A stretch of DNA of 64,000 nucleotides from Acidobacteriota bacterium (GCA_036507075.1 DASXQR010000083.1:128001-192000); one strand, 5' to 3'; positions 9,585 through 19,481 are shown, counted from the first letter of the stretch. Made by a program: numbers and translations. The notes: a model not told the origin generated them from the letters alone.

Positions 9585-11075
9585 TTACAGCCGGAAGAAT
9601 CGCTGCATTCTCCTCAGGAAATTTTGCTGTACTTCCTTTCGGCTCAGTGCTCTCTCGGCAGCCTGCGCCGATTTCTTGTCCAGAACGTTACGCCGTTCGG
9701 CCACTTCCCGGCTGATTTCTTCGGCAATGGAAGGCTGCAGTAGCAGCACTTCCCTCAATTGGTCTTTGTGCAGCACGTAAGCCTCGACATCGCCTTCAGC
9801 TATGGCGGAGGCGCTGCGGGGCTCGCCGGTGAGCAAAGCCATCTCGCCAAAATATTGGCCTGCGGCAAGCACTGCGATCTCACTTTCTTCATCAGCGCCA
9901 TCCAGTACGATCCGTACGCTTCCACTGCGGATAAAGAACATTGCATCGCCCGGAGTTCCCTGACGGATGATGGTCTCATCTGAACCAAAAGTCTGTCGAT
10001 GCATCGCTTCCGCAATGAGATTTTTCGCGCTTGAATCGAGCGCGTGGAACAGATCCACCTTGTCTACGAACTGCAGACGGTCAGAAACTTCGGGCGGGAG
10101 CGGCGCCGCTTCTTTCCACTGGGTGACGCGCAGGTCCTGGATCGGGTAGGGGATGCTTATTCCGGCCCGCTTCAACCGGTAGTAAAGCAATGTCATAAAT
10201 CTGTCAAGAATCGGCTCCGACTGCGCAAAATTGTCGATCCAAAAACGACAGCGGTAATGAACCGCGAAATCATGGTAATCGATAAGCAGGACGTCCGGCG
10301 GCGGATCTTCCAGAGCTTCCGGTACTTCAGCGATCGTGTCCAAAACGATCTGCTTGACCTGGTTGGGCGGAAACTCATATCCGATACCAACCGTATGTTC
10401 CAGCCGGAGCACGGGTGTGGGCTGCGAGTAATTGACGATCTTGTCCTTGGAAATGAGACTATTTGGGACAATGATGAAATTCCCCGATTTGGTGCGAATC
10501 TTGGTGGCCCTCCACGTAACCTCCAGCACCAGTCCTTCATGCTCGGCCACCCGAATCCAGTCTCCGACGCGAAAGGGCTTCTCCACCTGTATCGCCAAGC
10601 CGGCGAACAGGTTTCCCAGCGTGTCCTGGAGCGCGAAACCGATGATGACGGCGCCCATGGCGGAAGTAGTAAGCAGCCTTTCAGGCCACAGGTATGTTGC
10701 CGTCGCCACGAATGTGGCAATCACAAAAGTGTCTTGAACGATTGCGGGGTATTTTTCAGAAGGGCCGGCGGCCTTGAAGCGGTTAAAAACCAGCGCTACC
10801 AGAGCGTTGATTCCGGCAAGCGTGATCAGCAAGAGCTCGATGCTTTGAATCTTCTCCCGGCGGTTCTCCAGGCTGGAACCGTGAGGCGCTTCCGGGAGAA
10901 ACCACAATCGGAACAGCTGCAAAATGAGGACCACGCTCAACAACAGGAGATTGAGCCGCACTCTTTTTTTGATCAGTGCGTTTCGGGTCGCTCCCTGCAG
11001 AAGGACAAACAGCAGGAGCAGCAAAACCGTGAACGGAACCGCTAGAGGGTAGACGGGGTTTTGTAACCAGGCCAC
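9585..11075 (-). CDS. MscS-family channel with C-terminal cyclic-nucleotide-binding domain (bCNG-like)
   Basis: MscS core 'GFALQDTLGNLFAG', 'PFRVGDWI', 'VPNS'; cNMP domain 'FGEMALLTGEPRSAS'; GTG start. Confidence 0.92.
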   Translation of the reverse strand: MAWLQNPVYPLAVPFTVLLLLLFVLLQGATRNALIKKRVRLNLLLLSVVLILQLFRLWFLPEAPHGSSLENRREKIQSIELLLITLAGINALVALVFNRFKAAGPSEKYPAIVQDTFVIATFVATATYLWPERLLTTSAMGAVIIGFALQDTLGNLFAGLAIQVEKPFRVGDWIRVAEHEGLVLEVTWRATKIRTKSGNFIIVPNSLISKDKIVNYSQPTPVLRLEHTVGIGYEFPPNQVKQIVLDTIAEVPEALEDPPPDVLLIDYHDFAVHYRCRFWIDNFAQSEPILDRFMTLLYYRLKRAGISIPYPIQDLRVTQWKEAAPLPPEVSDRLQFVDKVDLFHALDSSAKNLIAEAMHRQTFGSDETIIRQGTPGDAMFFIRSGSVRIVLDGADEESEIAVLAAGQYFGEMALLTGEPRSASAIAEGDVEAYVLHKDQLREVLLLQPSIAEEISREVAERRNVLDKKSAQAAERALSRKEVQQNFLRRMQRFFRL

Positions 11076-11078
11076 TTT

Positions 11079-12254
11079 TTAATCAGGAAGCTTCCCTGAT
11101 TCCTTGAATTTCTTTACATCGTCCTTGGAAACCGTCACTGAGAGAGCGTTCGGATTCTTGGGCTTGTTGGGATCTTCCGCTCCAGCGCCTTCATTGCCCA
11201 CGCCGCGAGAAGCCCCTGAGCCGGTCACCTGCGCTGTCTGCTTCTTTTCGCTGGAGGCCGTCGGATTTTTCAGCTTCGACAGACTAAAGCGGCTCTTTTT
11301 CGGCTCTTCCTGATTCTCTTGATCCTTTTTCTCAGCGCTCTTGTCATTCTTCTTTTTTTCGTCCGATCCGGCAAGACCCTTTGCTCCCTCCAGGCCGGCG
11401 GCGATATCGGTGGACTTTGCCTCGTACTTGATAAACCGCTTGTAACGCTCCGGCAGCAGGACGGAGGCCTGGCTGTAAAGCTTTTCGGTGGAAATCTGGG
11501 CATTCAATTTGTCGACGCGCTCCTGCGCCTCGGGATGGGACGCCAGGCGACCGGAGCGGGCGGTGTCGCCTTCGCTTTGCGCCTTAAGTGTCTCAAGGAA
11601 TGCGATCAGGCCGGCGGGATCGTAACCGGCCTTGAATGCCAGCCGCAGACCTACCGCGTCTGATTCCAACTCCTGGGACTGGCTGTAGCCGCGGAGCAGT
11701 AAGTCTACGATCTTGTCGACGGCCATGTTTAACAATCTGGGATTCGAGGTCAGATTGACTTCTCCCTGGCCGAACTCCGTGACGTTCATTGTCTGAATGG
11801 CATTTATCGAGTGTTTCTGCGTGATGTGAGCAATTTCGTGACCTAGGACCCCTGCCAGTTCGGCTTCATTTTTCATAGAAGCAAGGGCGCCTCGCGTGAT
11901 GTGAATAAACCCGCCCGGCGCCGCAAAGGCGTTTACAGCCGAGGTGTCCAGGATGATGAACGTGTAGGGCAGGGCAGGGCGGCTTCCCTTCTCCGCCACC
12001 ACCGAGCCGACCAGTGTTACATAACGAGTAGGATCGGAGTCCTGTTGCACGCCGAATTTTTCACGAATCTTCTGACTTACGGCTTTTCCCAGCGTAAGCT
12101 CTTCTTCTTCGGAAACCTGGAGTCCCTTTATCTTCTGGGCTTTGTTTCCAGCCTTGTCGATCGCGCCCTTTATTTTTCCAAGGCCCCCAAACTGCGCCTG
12201 GGCCGGACAGACTAAAAGGACGAAAAGCAGCGCAGATATCCAAGTACCTCTCAT
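11079..12254 (-). CDS. Exported M48-family zinc metallopeptidase with charged low-complexity tail
   Basis: Signal peptide MRGTWISALLFVLLVCPAQA (ATG 12254); 'NAFAAPGG', HEIAH, 'QELESD', 'SHP'. Confidence 0.88.
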   Translation of the reverse strand: MRGTWISALLFVLLVCPAQAQFGGLGKIKGAIDKAGNKAQKIKGLQVSEEEELTLGKAVSQKIREKFGVQQDSDPTRYVTLVGSVVAEKGSRPALPYTFIILDTSAVNAFAAPGGFIHITRGALASMKNEAELAGVLGHEIAHITQKHSINAIQTMNVTEFGQGEVNLTSNPRLLNMAVDKIVDLLLRGYSQSQELESDAVGLRLAFKAGYDPAGLIAFLETLKAQSEGDTARSGRLASHPEAQERVDKLNAQISTEKLYSQASVLLPERYKRFIKYEAKSTDIAAGLEGAKGLAGSDEKKKNDKSAEKKDQENQEEPKKSRFSLSKLKNPTASSEKKQTAQVTGSGASRGVGNEGAGAEDPNKPKNPNALSVTVSKDDVKKFKESGKLPD

Positions 12255-12359
12255 ACGGGATCCTCCGGCAAAAAAAGAATAGGGTGGACACATTGTAACA
12301 GATCCAAGCTTCTCCCTTCTCGCCCTTTCCTGTTAACATGAGAAAATTCCTCTGAGCTC

Positions 12360-13337
12360 ATGGCCTTAGATTTGCAAAAGCTTTCCATTCAGGAGATCCG
12401 CGAGCGCTTCCTCGACGGCAACAAGCCGGTGTCCGGCCAGGTGCTCGCCAAGCTGCAGAAAGATTCGCGTGAGGGAGTTCGTTCAATCTATCGAATGCTG
12501 GAGAAACGTCGCCGCCAGCACAGGCGCGAACAGATTCGGATGAAGTCCCTGCTCTACTTTGAAGAGGTCCTCTGGAATTCCGGAATACAGTACATCGCGG
12601 GCGTCGACGAAGTGGGAATCGGCCCGCTGGCGGGACCGGTTGTGGCCGCCGCAGTGATTTTCCCCCCGCACACATTCGTCGAGGGCGTAAACGATTCAAA
12701 AAAACTGGATCCCCGGCAGCGCGAAGTTTTGCGGGACCAAATCCTGCAGCGCTGTCTGGCTCATTCCATCGCGGTGGTGGATGTGGAGGAAGTCGACCAG
12801 CTCAACGTCTATCACGCCGGACTGGAAGGAATGCGCCGGGCCATCGAGATGCTCAGCCCGGGACCGCAGCACGTGCTGGTGGACGCGAGAGAAATTCCGA
12901 AGCTTCCCGTCGCGCAAAACAAATTCGACAAGGGTGACGGAATTAATTTCTCGATCGCCGCTGCCAGCATTCTCGCCAAAACACATCGTGACGCCCTGAT
13001 GGACCAACTGCATGAACTTTATCCACAATACGGCTTCGACAGTCACAGGGGTTATTCCACCAAGCAACACCAGAGCGCGCTGAAGGAGTACGGGCCCAGT
13101 CCAATCCACCGGAGATCCTTCCCTTTCGTGAGAGAGGTGTGCGGAAAGTTCAGCGAGGTCTTCTACGGGCTCAAGTCCGAGCTCTATTCCGCAGGTTCGC
13201 CCGAGTTGCTGAAGCAGACCGAGGAACGGTTTCTATCAATGCAGGCGGACTTGACGGAGTACGAGATTCGCAAGCTTCGACTCTGCTGCAAGAGACTATG
13301 GGCCTCAACGGCTCAAGCTCGAAAGGCCAAGGTCTGA
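12360..13337 (+). CDS. rnhB: Ribonuclease HII with N- and C-terminal extensions
   Basis: 'AGVDEVGIGPLAGPVVAAA', 'DSKKL', 'SIAAASILAK', 'IHRRSF'. Confidence 0.93.
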   Translation: MALDLQKLSIQEIRERFLDGNKPVSGQVLAKLQKDSREGVRSIYRMLEKRRRQHRREQIRMKSLLYFEEVLWNSGIQYIAGVDEVGIGPLAGPVVAAAVIFPPHTFVEGVNDSKKLDPRQREVLRDQILQRCLAHSIAVVDVEEVDQLNVYHAGLEGMRRAIEMLSPGPQHVLVDAREIPKLPVAQNKFDKGDGINFSIAAASILAKTHRDALMDQLHELYPQYGFDSHRGYSTKQHQSALKEYGPSPIHRRSFPFVREVCGKFSEVFYGLKSELYSAGSPELLKQTEERFLSMQADLTEYEIRKLRLCCKRLWASTAQARKAKV

Positions 13338-13341
13338 AAGT

Positions 13342-13576
13342 CCGCGACCACGGCCCGGATTATTTAAGAAAACCTAACCGCCAAGAACGCCAAGAACGCC
13401 AAGAGGGCGCCAAGGACGGGGGCTGAAACTTGAAGTATGAAAGTTATCAATCGTGTCAAGCGCATGCGTGGTGCCTTCATACTTCAAGTTTCAGGCCCCC
13501 GTCCTTGGCGCCTTTCTTAGCGCTCTTAGCGTTCTTGGGGTTAAGTTTTCTTGAGTAATCCGGGCCGTGGTCGCGG
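13342..13576. mobile_element. ~235 bp long-palindrome MITE-like element, copy 1 of 3
   Basis: Imperfect ~100 bp inverted arms containing (aacgccaag)n; related to 24346-24570 and 41053-41280; no ORF. Confidence 0.75.
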
Positions 13577-13580
13577 TACT

Positions 13581-14549
13581 TTACTTGGCGGCGGCGGCCG
13601 CAGGTTCTTCATAGACCCCGGCGTACAGATCGTGGGAGAGATACCGCTCGCCCAGGTCCGGCAACACGGCCACCAGGCGCTTTCCTGGACCCAAATCGCG
13701 GCTCACCTTAAGCGCTGCCCAGACAATCGCGCCCGAAGAAATGCCCACGAAAATCCCTTCTTCCCTGGCAAGGCGTCGTGCGACATCCCGCGCGTCCTCG
13801 TAATGAACCTGAATGATCTGATCGATCACTTTCACATTTAATACGGACGGGATAAAACCCGCTCCCATACCCTGGATTTTGTGAGGGCCGGGTTTGCATC
13901 CGGAAAGAACCGCCGATTCGACAGGTTCCACGGCGACAATTTTGATTCCCGGAATCTTCTGCTTCAGGACCTCGCCGGCTCCCGTAACCGTCCCACCCGT
14001 GCCGACACCGGATACCAGCGCGTCAAGGCGGCCTTCGGTGGCCTCCAGAATTTCAATTGCGGTGGTGCGGCGGTGCACTTCGGGGTTAGCAGGATTGTCA
14101 AACTGCTGGGGCATGAACGAATTGGGCGTTCTGCCAAGAATCTCTTCGGCTTTTCGAATCGAGCCCCTCATCCCTTCCGAACCCGGCGTTAAAACGATTT
14201 CAGCTCCCAGAGCGGCCAGCACACGGCGTCTTTCAATCGTCATCGTGTCGGGCATGGTCAAGATAAGATGGTATCCCATCACAGCGGCGGCCATGGCCAG
14301 GCCGATTCCGGTGTTGCCGCTGGTAGGCTCCACGATAGTGGTTCTGCCCGGGCGAATTCTCCCTTCACGCTCGGCTGCCTGCAGCATCGCGGCGCCGATC
14401 CGGTCTTTTACGCTCCACATTGGATTGAACGATTCCAGTTTGACCAGAATTTCGGCTCCTTCCGGCTCGATGACCCGATTCAACCGGACCAAAGGGGTGT
14501 AACCAATCAATTCCAGGATGTTGTTAGCAAGTAAGGGGCGCTGGAGCAT
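13581..14549 (-). CDS. cysK: Cysteine synthase A
   Basis: Start MLQRPLL (ATG 14549); PLP lysine 'SVKDR', 'EPTSGNTG', 'GTGGT', 'HKIQG', 'GERYLS'. Confidence 0.93.
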   Translation of the reverse strand: MLQRPLLANNILELIGYTPLVRLNRVIEPEGAEILVKLESFNPMWSVKDRIGAAMLQAAEREGRIRPGRTTIVEPTSGNTGIGLAMAAAVMGYHLILTMPDTMTIERRRVLAALGAEIVLTPGSEGMRGSIRKAEEILGRTPNSFMPQQFDNPANPEVHRRTTAIEILEATEGRLDALVSGVGTGGTVTGAGEVLKQKIPGIKIVAVEPVESAVLSGCKPGPHKIQGMGAGFIPSVLNVKVIDQIIQVHYEDARDVARRLAREEGIFVGISSGAIVWAALKVSRDLGPGKRLVAVLPDLGERYLSHDLYAGVYEEPAAAAAK

Positions 14550-14620
14550 TCTGTGCCTCGTTTTGAAAGTAGGTTCGCTGGAATTCTGAGTGAGCCGATC
14601 AAGGTCTGTCAAGTTGAGGT

Positions 14621-14790
14621 TTGTGCACGAATTTAGAACACGAATTACACGAATTACACGAATTACACGAATCTTCTTAAATGACTTCTGAAATTCGTGG
14701 GAACTCGTAGAAATTCGTGCAAATTCGTGTAAATTCGTGTAAATTCGTGTTTCAAATTCGTGTTTCAAATTCGTGTTTGTAAATTCGTGC
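14621..14790. repeat. Palindromic 9-10-mer tandem element (ACACGAATT / AAATTCGTGT family)
   Basis: (acacgaatt)x4 facing about eight aaattcgtg units, between divergent cysK and VWA genes. Confidence 0.9.
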
Positions 14791-14796
14791 TTAATA

Positions 14797-15837
14797 ATGC
14801 GCAGAAAGATTTGCTGGCTTTGGGTGTGCGCCATACTGGTTGCCTCGGGTCACTCGCAAAGCGGTTCTGATCAGAATCCGACCCGGGTGATCAAAGCTGA
14901 GATCCAGCCGCCCGTCAACATTCGCTCGACCGTTGATCTTGTGCTTGCCGACACTCTGGTGCTGGATCGCATCAAAGGCACGCCGGTGGGCGGCCTGACC
15001 GTAGACGACTTTGTTCTCTATGAAAACGGCGTGGGTCAGCAGATCAGTTATTTCAGCCAGGACCAACTGCCTCTCTCCCTTCTGCTGCTGGTCGATCGCG
15101 GAGGCTGCCTCGACCCTTTCAACGACCAGGTGCGTGAAGCGATCCGCGCCATCCTCCGCGGATTAAAGCCACAGGATAGAATCGGGCTGATGGCTTTTTC
15201 CGACCATCCGAAACTGGTGCTGGGCTTGACTTCCAACCAGTCAGCCGTCGCCGACGCCTTGGGTCGCATGCCGAAGCATGAATCGTTTGGCGGGCATTGC
15301 TTCAACCGGGCTCTTACCGAAGCCGCCCAATATCTCCGGGATTCTTCAAAGTCGGACGCTCGCCGCCTGATTGTCGTCATCACGGCGCAGAGAACAGGCC
15401 TTTGCAACAGCGGACCTTCGGCCCGAGACGTTTCCCGCATGCTGATGGAATCGAGCGTGATGGTCTTTGGAATTCTGCCTCGTACCCCGGCGCAGCAGTT
15501 AGAGAGCGGAATGTACGGGGTGGCCACTTCATTGCGTGGAGCGTTGAGAATCGGAAGCCTTGTGAACCTCTCCCGGATTGCGCAGGAAACGGGAGGTGAA
15601 ATCTTCAACGACCCGCCCGAAGAACTGGCGCATTCCTTTGCGGAACTGACGCTTCACCTTCGAACACGTTACACTCTTGGTTTCGTCCCTTCCAACCGGC
15701 GCCGCGACGGAGGTTTTCGCAAATTAAAAGTCCAACTGTCTGCACCTGGCGAGACGCGGGCTGGGAAAGTCAGGATCCAGGCCCGCCGCGGTTACTTCGC
15801 GCCGCGCGAAGAAGCCGTGACCATGAACGGCAGGTAA
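14797..15837 (+). CDS. Exported VWA-domain protein (Acidobacteria-type) with degenerate MIDAS
   Basis: Signal peptide MRRKICWLWVC; 'DDFVLYENGVGQQISYF', 'AQETGG', 'YTLGF', 'RRGYFA'. Confidence 0.85.
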   Translation: MRRKICWLWVCAILVASGHSQSGSDQNPTRVIKAEIQPPVNIRSTVDLVLADTLVLDRIKGTPVGGLTVDDFVLYENGVGQQISYFSQDQLPLSLLLLVDRGGCLDPFNDQVREAIRAILRGLKPQDRIGLMAFSDHPKLVLGLTSNQSAVADALGRMPKHESFGGHCFNRALTEAAQYLRDSSKSDARRLIVVITAQRTGLCNSGPSARDVSRMLMESSVMVFGILPRTPAQQLESGMYGVATSLRGALRIGSLVNLSRIAQETGGEIFNDPPEELAHSFAELTLHLRTRYTLGFVPSNRRRDGGFRKLKVQLSAPGETRAGKVRIQARRGYFAPREEAVTMNGR

Positions 15838-15911
15838 AATCAGCCCCGAGCGTCGAATTGTGCCGCCTTCGGCCTCTGGCCATTTGGGCAACGGCGTCGC
15901 GATACGCCCCG

Positions 15912-16406
15912 CTATTTGCCTCCCCGAGGCCGAGATGGCGGCCCGGGTGGCTGCCAGAGCAGAGGGCTGGGCTTTGACTGCTCGATGCTCCCCGCGGGGC
16001 GAAGACGGCGCGCGCTCCTGGACGGCGCTCTCCTCCTGCTTGTTCGGGCCCTATCTTTTTTCCGTTCTACTTTGTCCTCATCGCGCACGGAATTTTTTTT
16101 CGGATCTGGACGACGAGGGATTCCAACCAGCGCCTGTTTTGTAACCGGGACCTCGAGCCGCCCTTCGACCGCCGTCTCCGGCTGCGGGGGCTGCCAGTGC
16201 GTCGTGTAGGAAACGCGCGCCCGGCGCAGTTCCGGCAGTGAGGCATTGGAGTATTTTCGCGCGGATTGCTTCTGCGGATCTGTCTTTTTTGCCAGCTCCA
16301 CGATGCTGACCAGCGCCTGCGCCGGATCTTCCTTTTGAACGGCAAACCCTTGGGAATACAGTCCGCCCGTGAGCAGCAGATAACAAAGTGAATTCAGCGT
16401 CTTCAT
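15912..16406 (-). CDS. Hypothetical protein, possibly exported, with basic Pro/Arg-rich C-terminus
   Basis: Strong SD aaggaggtgag upstream of ATG 16406; hydrophobic N-terminus; no recognisable domain. Confidence 0.55.
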   Translation of the reverse strand: MKTLNSLCYLLLTGGLYSQGFAVQKEDPAQALVSIVELAKKTDPQKQSARKYSNASLPELRRARVSYTTHWQPPQPETAVEGRLEVPVTKQALVGIPRRPDPKKNSVRDEDKVERKKDRARTSRRRAPSRSARRLRPAGSIEQSKPSPLLWQPPGPPSRPRGGK

Positions 16407-16481
16407 CGCGCTCACCTCCTTTCGATGGGACATAACCGGCCTGCCGCCGATTCCACGAAAAAAAGTTACAATAGCCGTCGC

Positions 16482-18482
16482 ATGGAACGATTCAAGAAAG
16501 CCCTGAAACGGCTTTCCCTGCCCCTTCTGGCGCTTGCCTGCCTGGCGGTGAGCTGGATTTCGGTGCGCGTCGTGGTCCCAAATCTGGAGTTAAAAACGGT
16601 CGACTATCGTTTTCGACTGCTGGGCCGCCAGCCGACCGCATCGCCGGATATTGTGCTGGTCGACATTGATGAACTGAGCATCCAGACGCTGGAACCGCAG
16701 GTGGGCCGCTGGCCCTGGTCCCGTGATGTGCATGCCGAACTGCTGCGCTTTCTGCGCCGCGCGCGGGCAAAGATCGTGATTTTTGATGTCCTGTTCACCG
16801 AGGGTGACATTGACCATCCGGAGCGGGATCGGGAACTGGCCGGCGACACTGCAAAATCGGGGAATGTGATTCATGCCGTCGCGCTTGTTAACCAGAAGCT
16901 TGAAGAGCCGGATCGCGGCCTGCTTGCAAAGCACTCCATTCCCGCCGTGGGACGATTTGAAAAATTCGAGCAGGCCGAGCTTCCAATAAAACCAATCGCG
17001 CAAAACGCGCGCGGCCTGGGACACGTCGCCATGACACTGGATGCCGACGGCCCCTGGCGTCGAAACCTGCTGCTGGCGGGCTGCAGGGATCGGTTGGTTC
17101 CTTCTCTTGGGCTGGCCGCCTGCCTGGCGCTGCAGAACCTGGATGTGCGTTCCATCGGCATCGAGGATCGGCATCTCATCGCCGGCTCCGTCCGCGCGCC
17201 GCTGGATGAGAACGGGCAGATGACGATCTGGTTCAACGGCGGTCCCTACGTCACCTACCGGCTTTATTCGTACAAGGATGTCTTCCTTTCACAGCTCCAA
17301 CTGGAGAATCACGAGCGGCCGTTCCTCGATCCCCGGAAATTCGAGAACAAAATCGTAATCGTCGGAGCCACGGCACAAGGACTGCACGACACGTTCGCCA
17401 GTCCCTATAGCGGCACGGCGCGTGACGAAAAGCTTCTGGAATCGGGAAAGAAGATCGGCCTGGGCAACATGTCCGGGATGGAGGTTCACGCCAACGTCAT
17501 TGATGATCTGTTGCACAACCGTTATCTACGCAGCCTTCCAAACTGGCTCACCTGGACAATCGTGGTCGCCGGCGCGACAGCGGTCCTGGCCTTGATCTAT
17601 TTCACCCCTCTGTGGGTGGCGGTCGCGGCGGCGCTTTTGATGATGGCGGCTTACCTGCCTCTGGCGCAGTTTGCCTTTTCCCATCACTGGCAACTGCCGG
17701 TGGTGCCGGTGATTCTTGGCTGGACACTCTCGGTAGTTTGCGGATTTGGTTACCAGTACTGGATCGAAGGCGCCGAGCGGCGCAAAGTGGCGCAAATCTT
17801 TTCGCGTTACGTCTCCCCAAGCGTATACCGGCATCTGCTCGACGATCCCTCGGCGGTGGAACTGGGAGGAAAGCGGCAGGTGATCACCGTGCTGTTTTCC
17901 GATATCCGCGGCTTCACACACATCGCCGAAAAATTGCAGCCCGAGGAAATGATTGCGCAATTGAACGAATATTTCTCGGCGATGGTGGAGATCGTGTTCC
18001 AGCACGAGGGGACCATAGACAAGTTCGTGGGCGACATGATCATGGCACTGTTCAACACGCCGATGCCGGATCCCGATCACCCCGACCACGCGGTCCAGTG
18101 CGCCATCGCAATGCATCGAAAACTGGAAACTATGAACGTCTTGTGGGAAAGCCAGGGAAGGCCCCAATTTCACTGCGGTGTGGGCATCAACACCGGTGAA
18201 ATGGTGGCAGGTAATCTGGGCACGGAGAAAATACAGGGATTCACCGTCATCGGCGACAATGTAAACCTTGGCTCGCGGCTGGAATCGAAATGCAAGGACT
18301 ACCAGGCCGATATCATCATCAGCGAGTTCACGCGCGCGGCTCTCAAACACTCCTACCCGATGCAGGAGCTGGGCGATGTGGTGGTAAAAGGAAAATCCAA
18401 GCCGGTGAAAATATTCCAGATCTTTCACAGCCCCGCCACAACTTCCGGCGCGGTGCCCTCCCGGGAAAGCGCCGCGTCATGA
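16482..18482 (+). CDS. CHASE2-domain class III adenylate/guanylate cyclase
   Basis: N-terminal TM; CHASE2 'VDIDE...GRWPWSR', 'GMEVHAN'; three TMs; cyclase 'FSDIRGFT', 'DKFVGD', 'GDNVNLGSRLE'. Confidence 0.93.
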   Translation: MERFKKALKRLSLPLLALACLAVSWISVRVVVPNLELKTVDYRFRLLGRQPTASPDIVLVDIDELSIQTLEPQVGRWPWSRDVHAELLRFLRRARAKIVIFDVLFTEGDIDHPERDRELAGDTAKSGNVIHAVALVNQKLEEPDRGLLAKHSIPAVGRFEKFEQAELPIKPIAQNARGLGHVAMTLDADGPWRRNLLLAGCRDRLVPSLGLAACLALQNLDVRSIGIEDRHLIAGSVRAPLDENGQMTIWFNGGPYVTYRLYSYKDVFLSQLQLENHERPFLDPRKFENKIVIVGATAQGLHDTFASPYSGTARDEKLLESGKKIGLGNMSGMEVHANVIDDLLHNRYLRSLPNWLTWTIVVAGATAVLALIYFTPLWVAVAAALLMMAAYLPLAQFAFSHHWQLPVVPVILGWTLSVVCGFGYQYWIEGAERRKVAQIFSRYVSPSVYRHLLDDPSAVELGGKRQVITVLFSDIRGFTHIAEKLQPEEMIAQLNEYFSAMVEIVFQHEGTIDKFVGDMIMALFNTPMPDPDHPDHAVQCAIAMHRKLETMNVLWESQGRPQFHCGVGINTGEMVAGNLGTEKIQGFTVIGDNVNLGSRLESKCKDYQADIIISEFTRAALKHSYPMQELGDVVVKGKSKPVKIFQIFHSPATTSGAVPSRESAAS

Positions 18483-19315
18483 CAGTCGGCCTTGTGTCCC
18501 TGCACGGAGGTCACAGCGATTATGGCGACGGCGCCGGACGTCTGGACGATTTTGCCCTTGCCGCCGCTAATCAAGGCATGCTCGCATTCGGTTTCACCGA
18601 ACACATGCCGCGCCGGAAAAAGTACTGGTATCCCACGGAAAATCCGGAACGACACTCGTTCCAGTGGTATCAGGGCTACGTGCGTGATGCCCGCCAGGTG
18701 CAGTCGCGCTTCCAGGGTAGAATCGAAATCCTGGTGGGCGCCGAGCTCGAGCTGATTCCGGGTGAGGAAGAATTTCTGGGCGAATTCCTGAGCGAGTTCA
18801 AGCTCGATTATGCGGTGGGATCGGTGCATTTCGTGCGCGACCTGGGATTCGATTATTCCCCGGAGTATTACGGCAGGGCCATCTCGCAGTGCGGCGGTTT
18901 TGAAGCCTTCTGCCTCGATTACCTGGAGACGATGGAAGCGATGCTGGAAAAGGTGTCCTTCCAGGTTCTCGGCCACTTTGACCTGTTCAAAGTCCACAGC
19001 ACAGAGCCGATAATGCTGAGCGACAAGGCGCTGGATCGGATCGACCGGTTGATGCGGCGGATCGCTGCTGCCGGACGCCTGCTCGACATCAACGCCAACG
19101 GCCTGTCAAAACCCTGCCGGGAAATCTATCCCTCGGTGCAAATCTTGAGGCTGGCGCGAAAGCACGGCGTCGAAGTGACACTAGGCGATGACTCTCACTC
19201 ACCTCAGGGGGTGGGCAGAAATCTTGAAGCCGCGCTCGAACACCTAAGGCACGCAGGCTACGCGGAAATCACATACCTGAAGCCGGACGGCAGCCGGCCA
19301 AAGTTGCGGATCTGA
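18479..19315 (+). CDS. PHP-family histidinol-phosphatase-like protein (HisJ/HisK type)
   Basis: Start MTVGLVS (ATG 18479, ATGA overlap with the cyclase stop); 'SLHGGHS', 'TEHMP', 'GSVH', 'GHFD', 'GDDSH'. Confidence 0.85.
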   Translation: MTVGLVSLHGGHSDYGDGAGRLDDFALAAANQGMLAFGFTEHMPRRKKYWYPTENPERHSFQWYQGYVRDARQVQSRFQGRIEILVGAELELIPGEEEFLGEFLSEFKLDYAVGSVHFVRDLGFDYSPEYYGRAISQCGGFEAFCLDYLETMEAMLEKVSFQVLGHFDLFKVHSTEPIMLSDKALDRIDRLMRRIAAAGRLLDINANGLSKPCREIYPSVQILRLARKHGVEVTLGDDSHSPQGVGRNLEAALEHLRHAGYAEITYLKPDGSRPKLRI

Positions 19316-19329
19316 GAATATACGCGCAA

Positions 19330-19466
19330 TTGCCACGAAGACACGATGGCACGAAGATCCATCAATTTCATTTGGAAGTGCCACTGTTCCGCACTGAACG
19401 TTTTTTTCTGAGGGGTTACTTCAAAACAAAATACTGATCCTTCGTGTCTTGGCGCCTTCGTGGCAA
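19330..19466. repeat. Palindromic 8-mer element (GCCACGAA family)
   Basis: ttgccacgaagacacg ... cgtgtcttggcgccttcgtggcaa; spacer related to that of 57166-57302. Confidence 0.8.
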
Positions 19467-19481
19467 GTCGAAATGCTCAAC

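Noticed and set aside
14621..14790. Possible CRISPR array (also 33428-33588, 37336-37524, 26861-26921)
   Set aside because: Units are 7-10 bp and adjacent, or only two copies with a 9 nt gap; no 25-45 nt unique spacers and no cas genes
14550..14834. 95 aa N-terminal extension of cysK ('IRVIRVIRV', 'HEF' repeats)
   Set aside because: Open frame through the palindromic repeat; CysK homology starts near 14549
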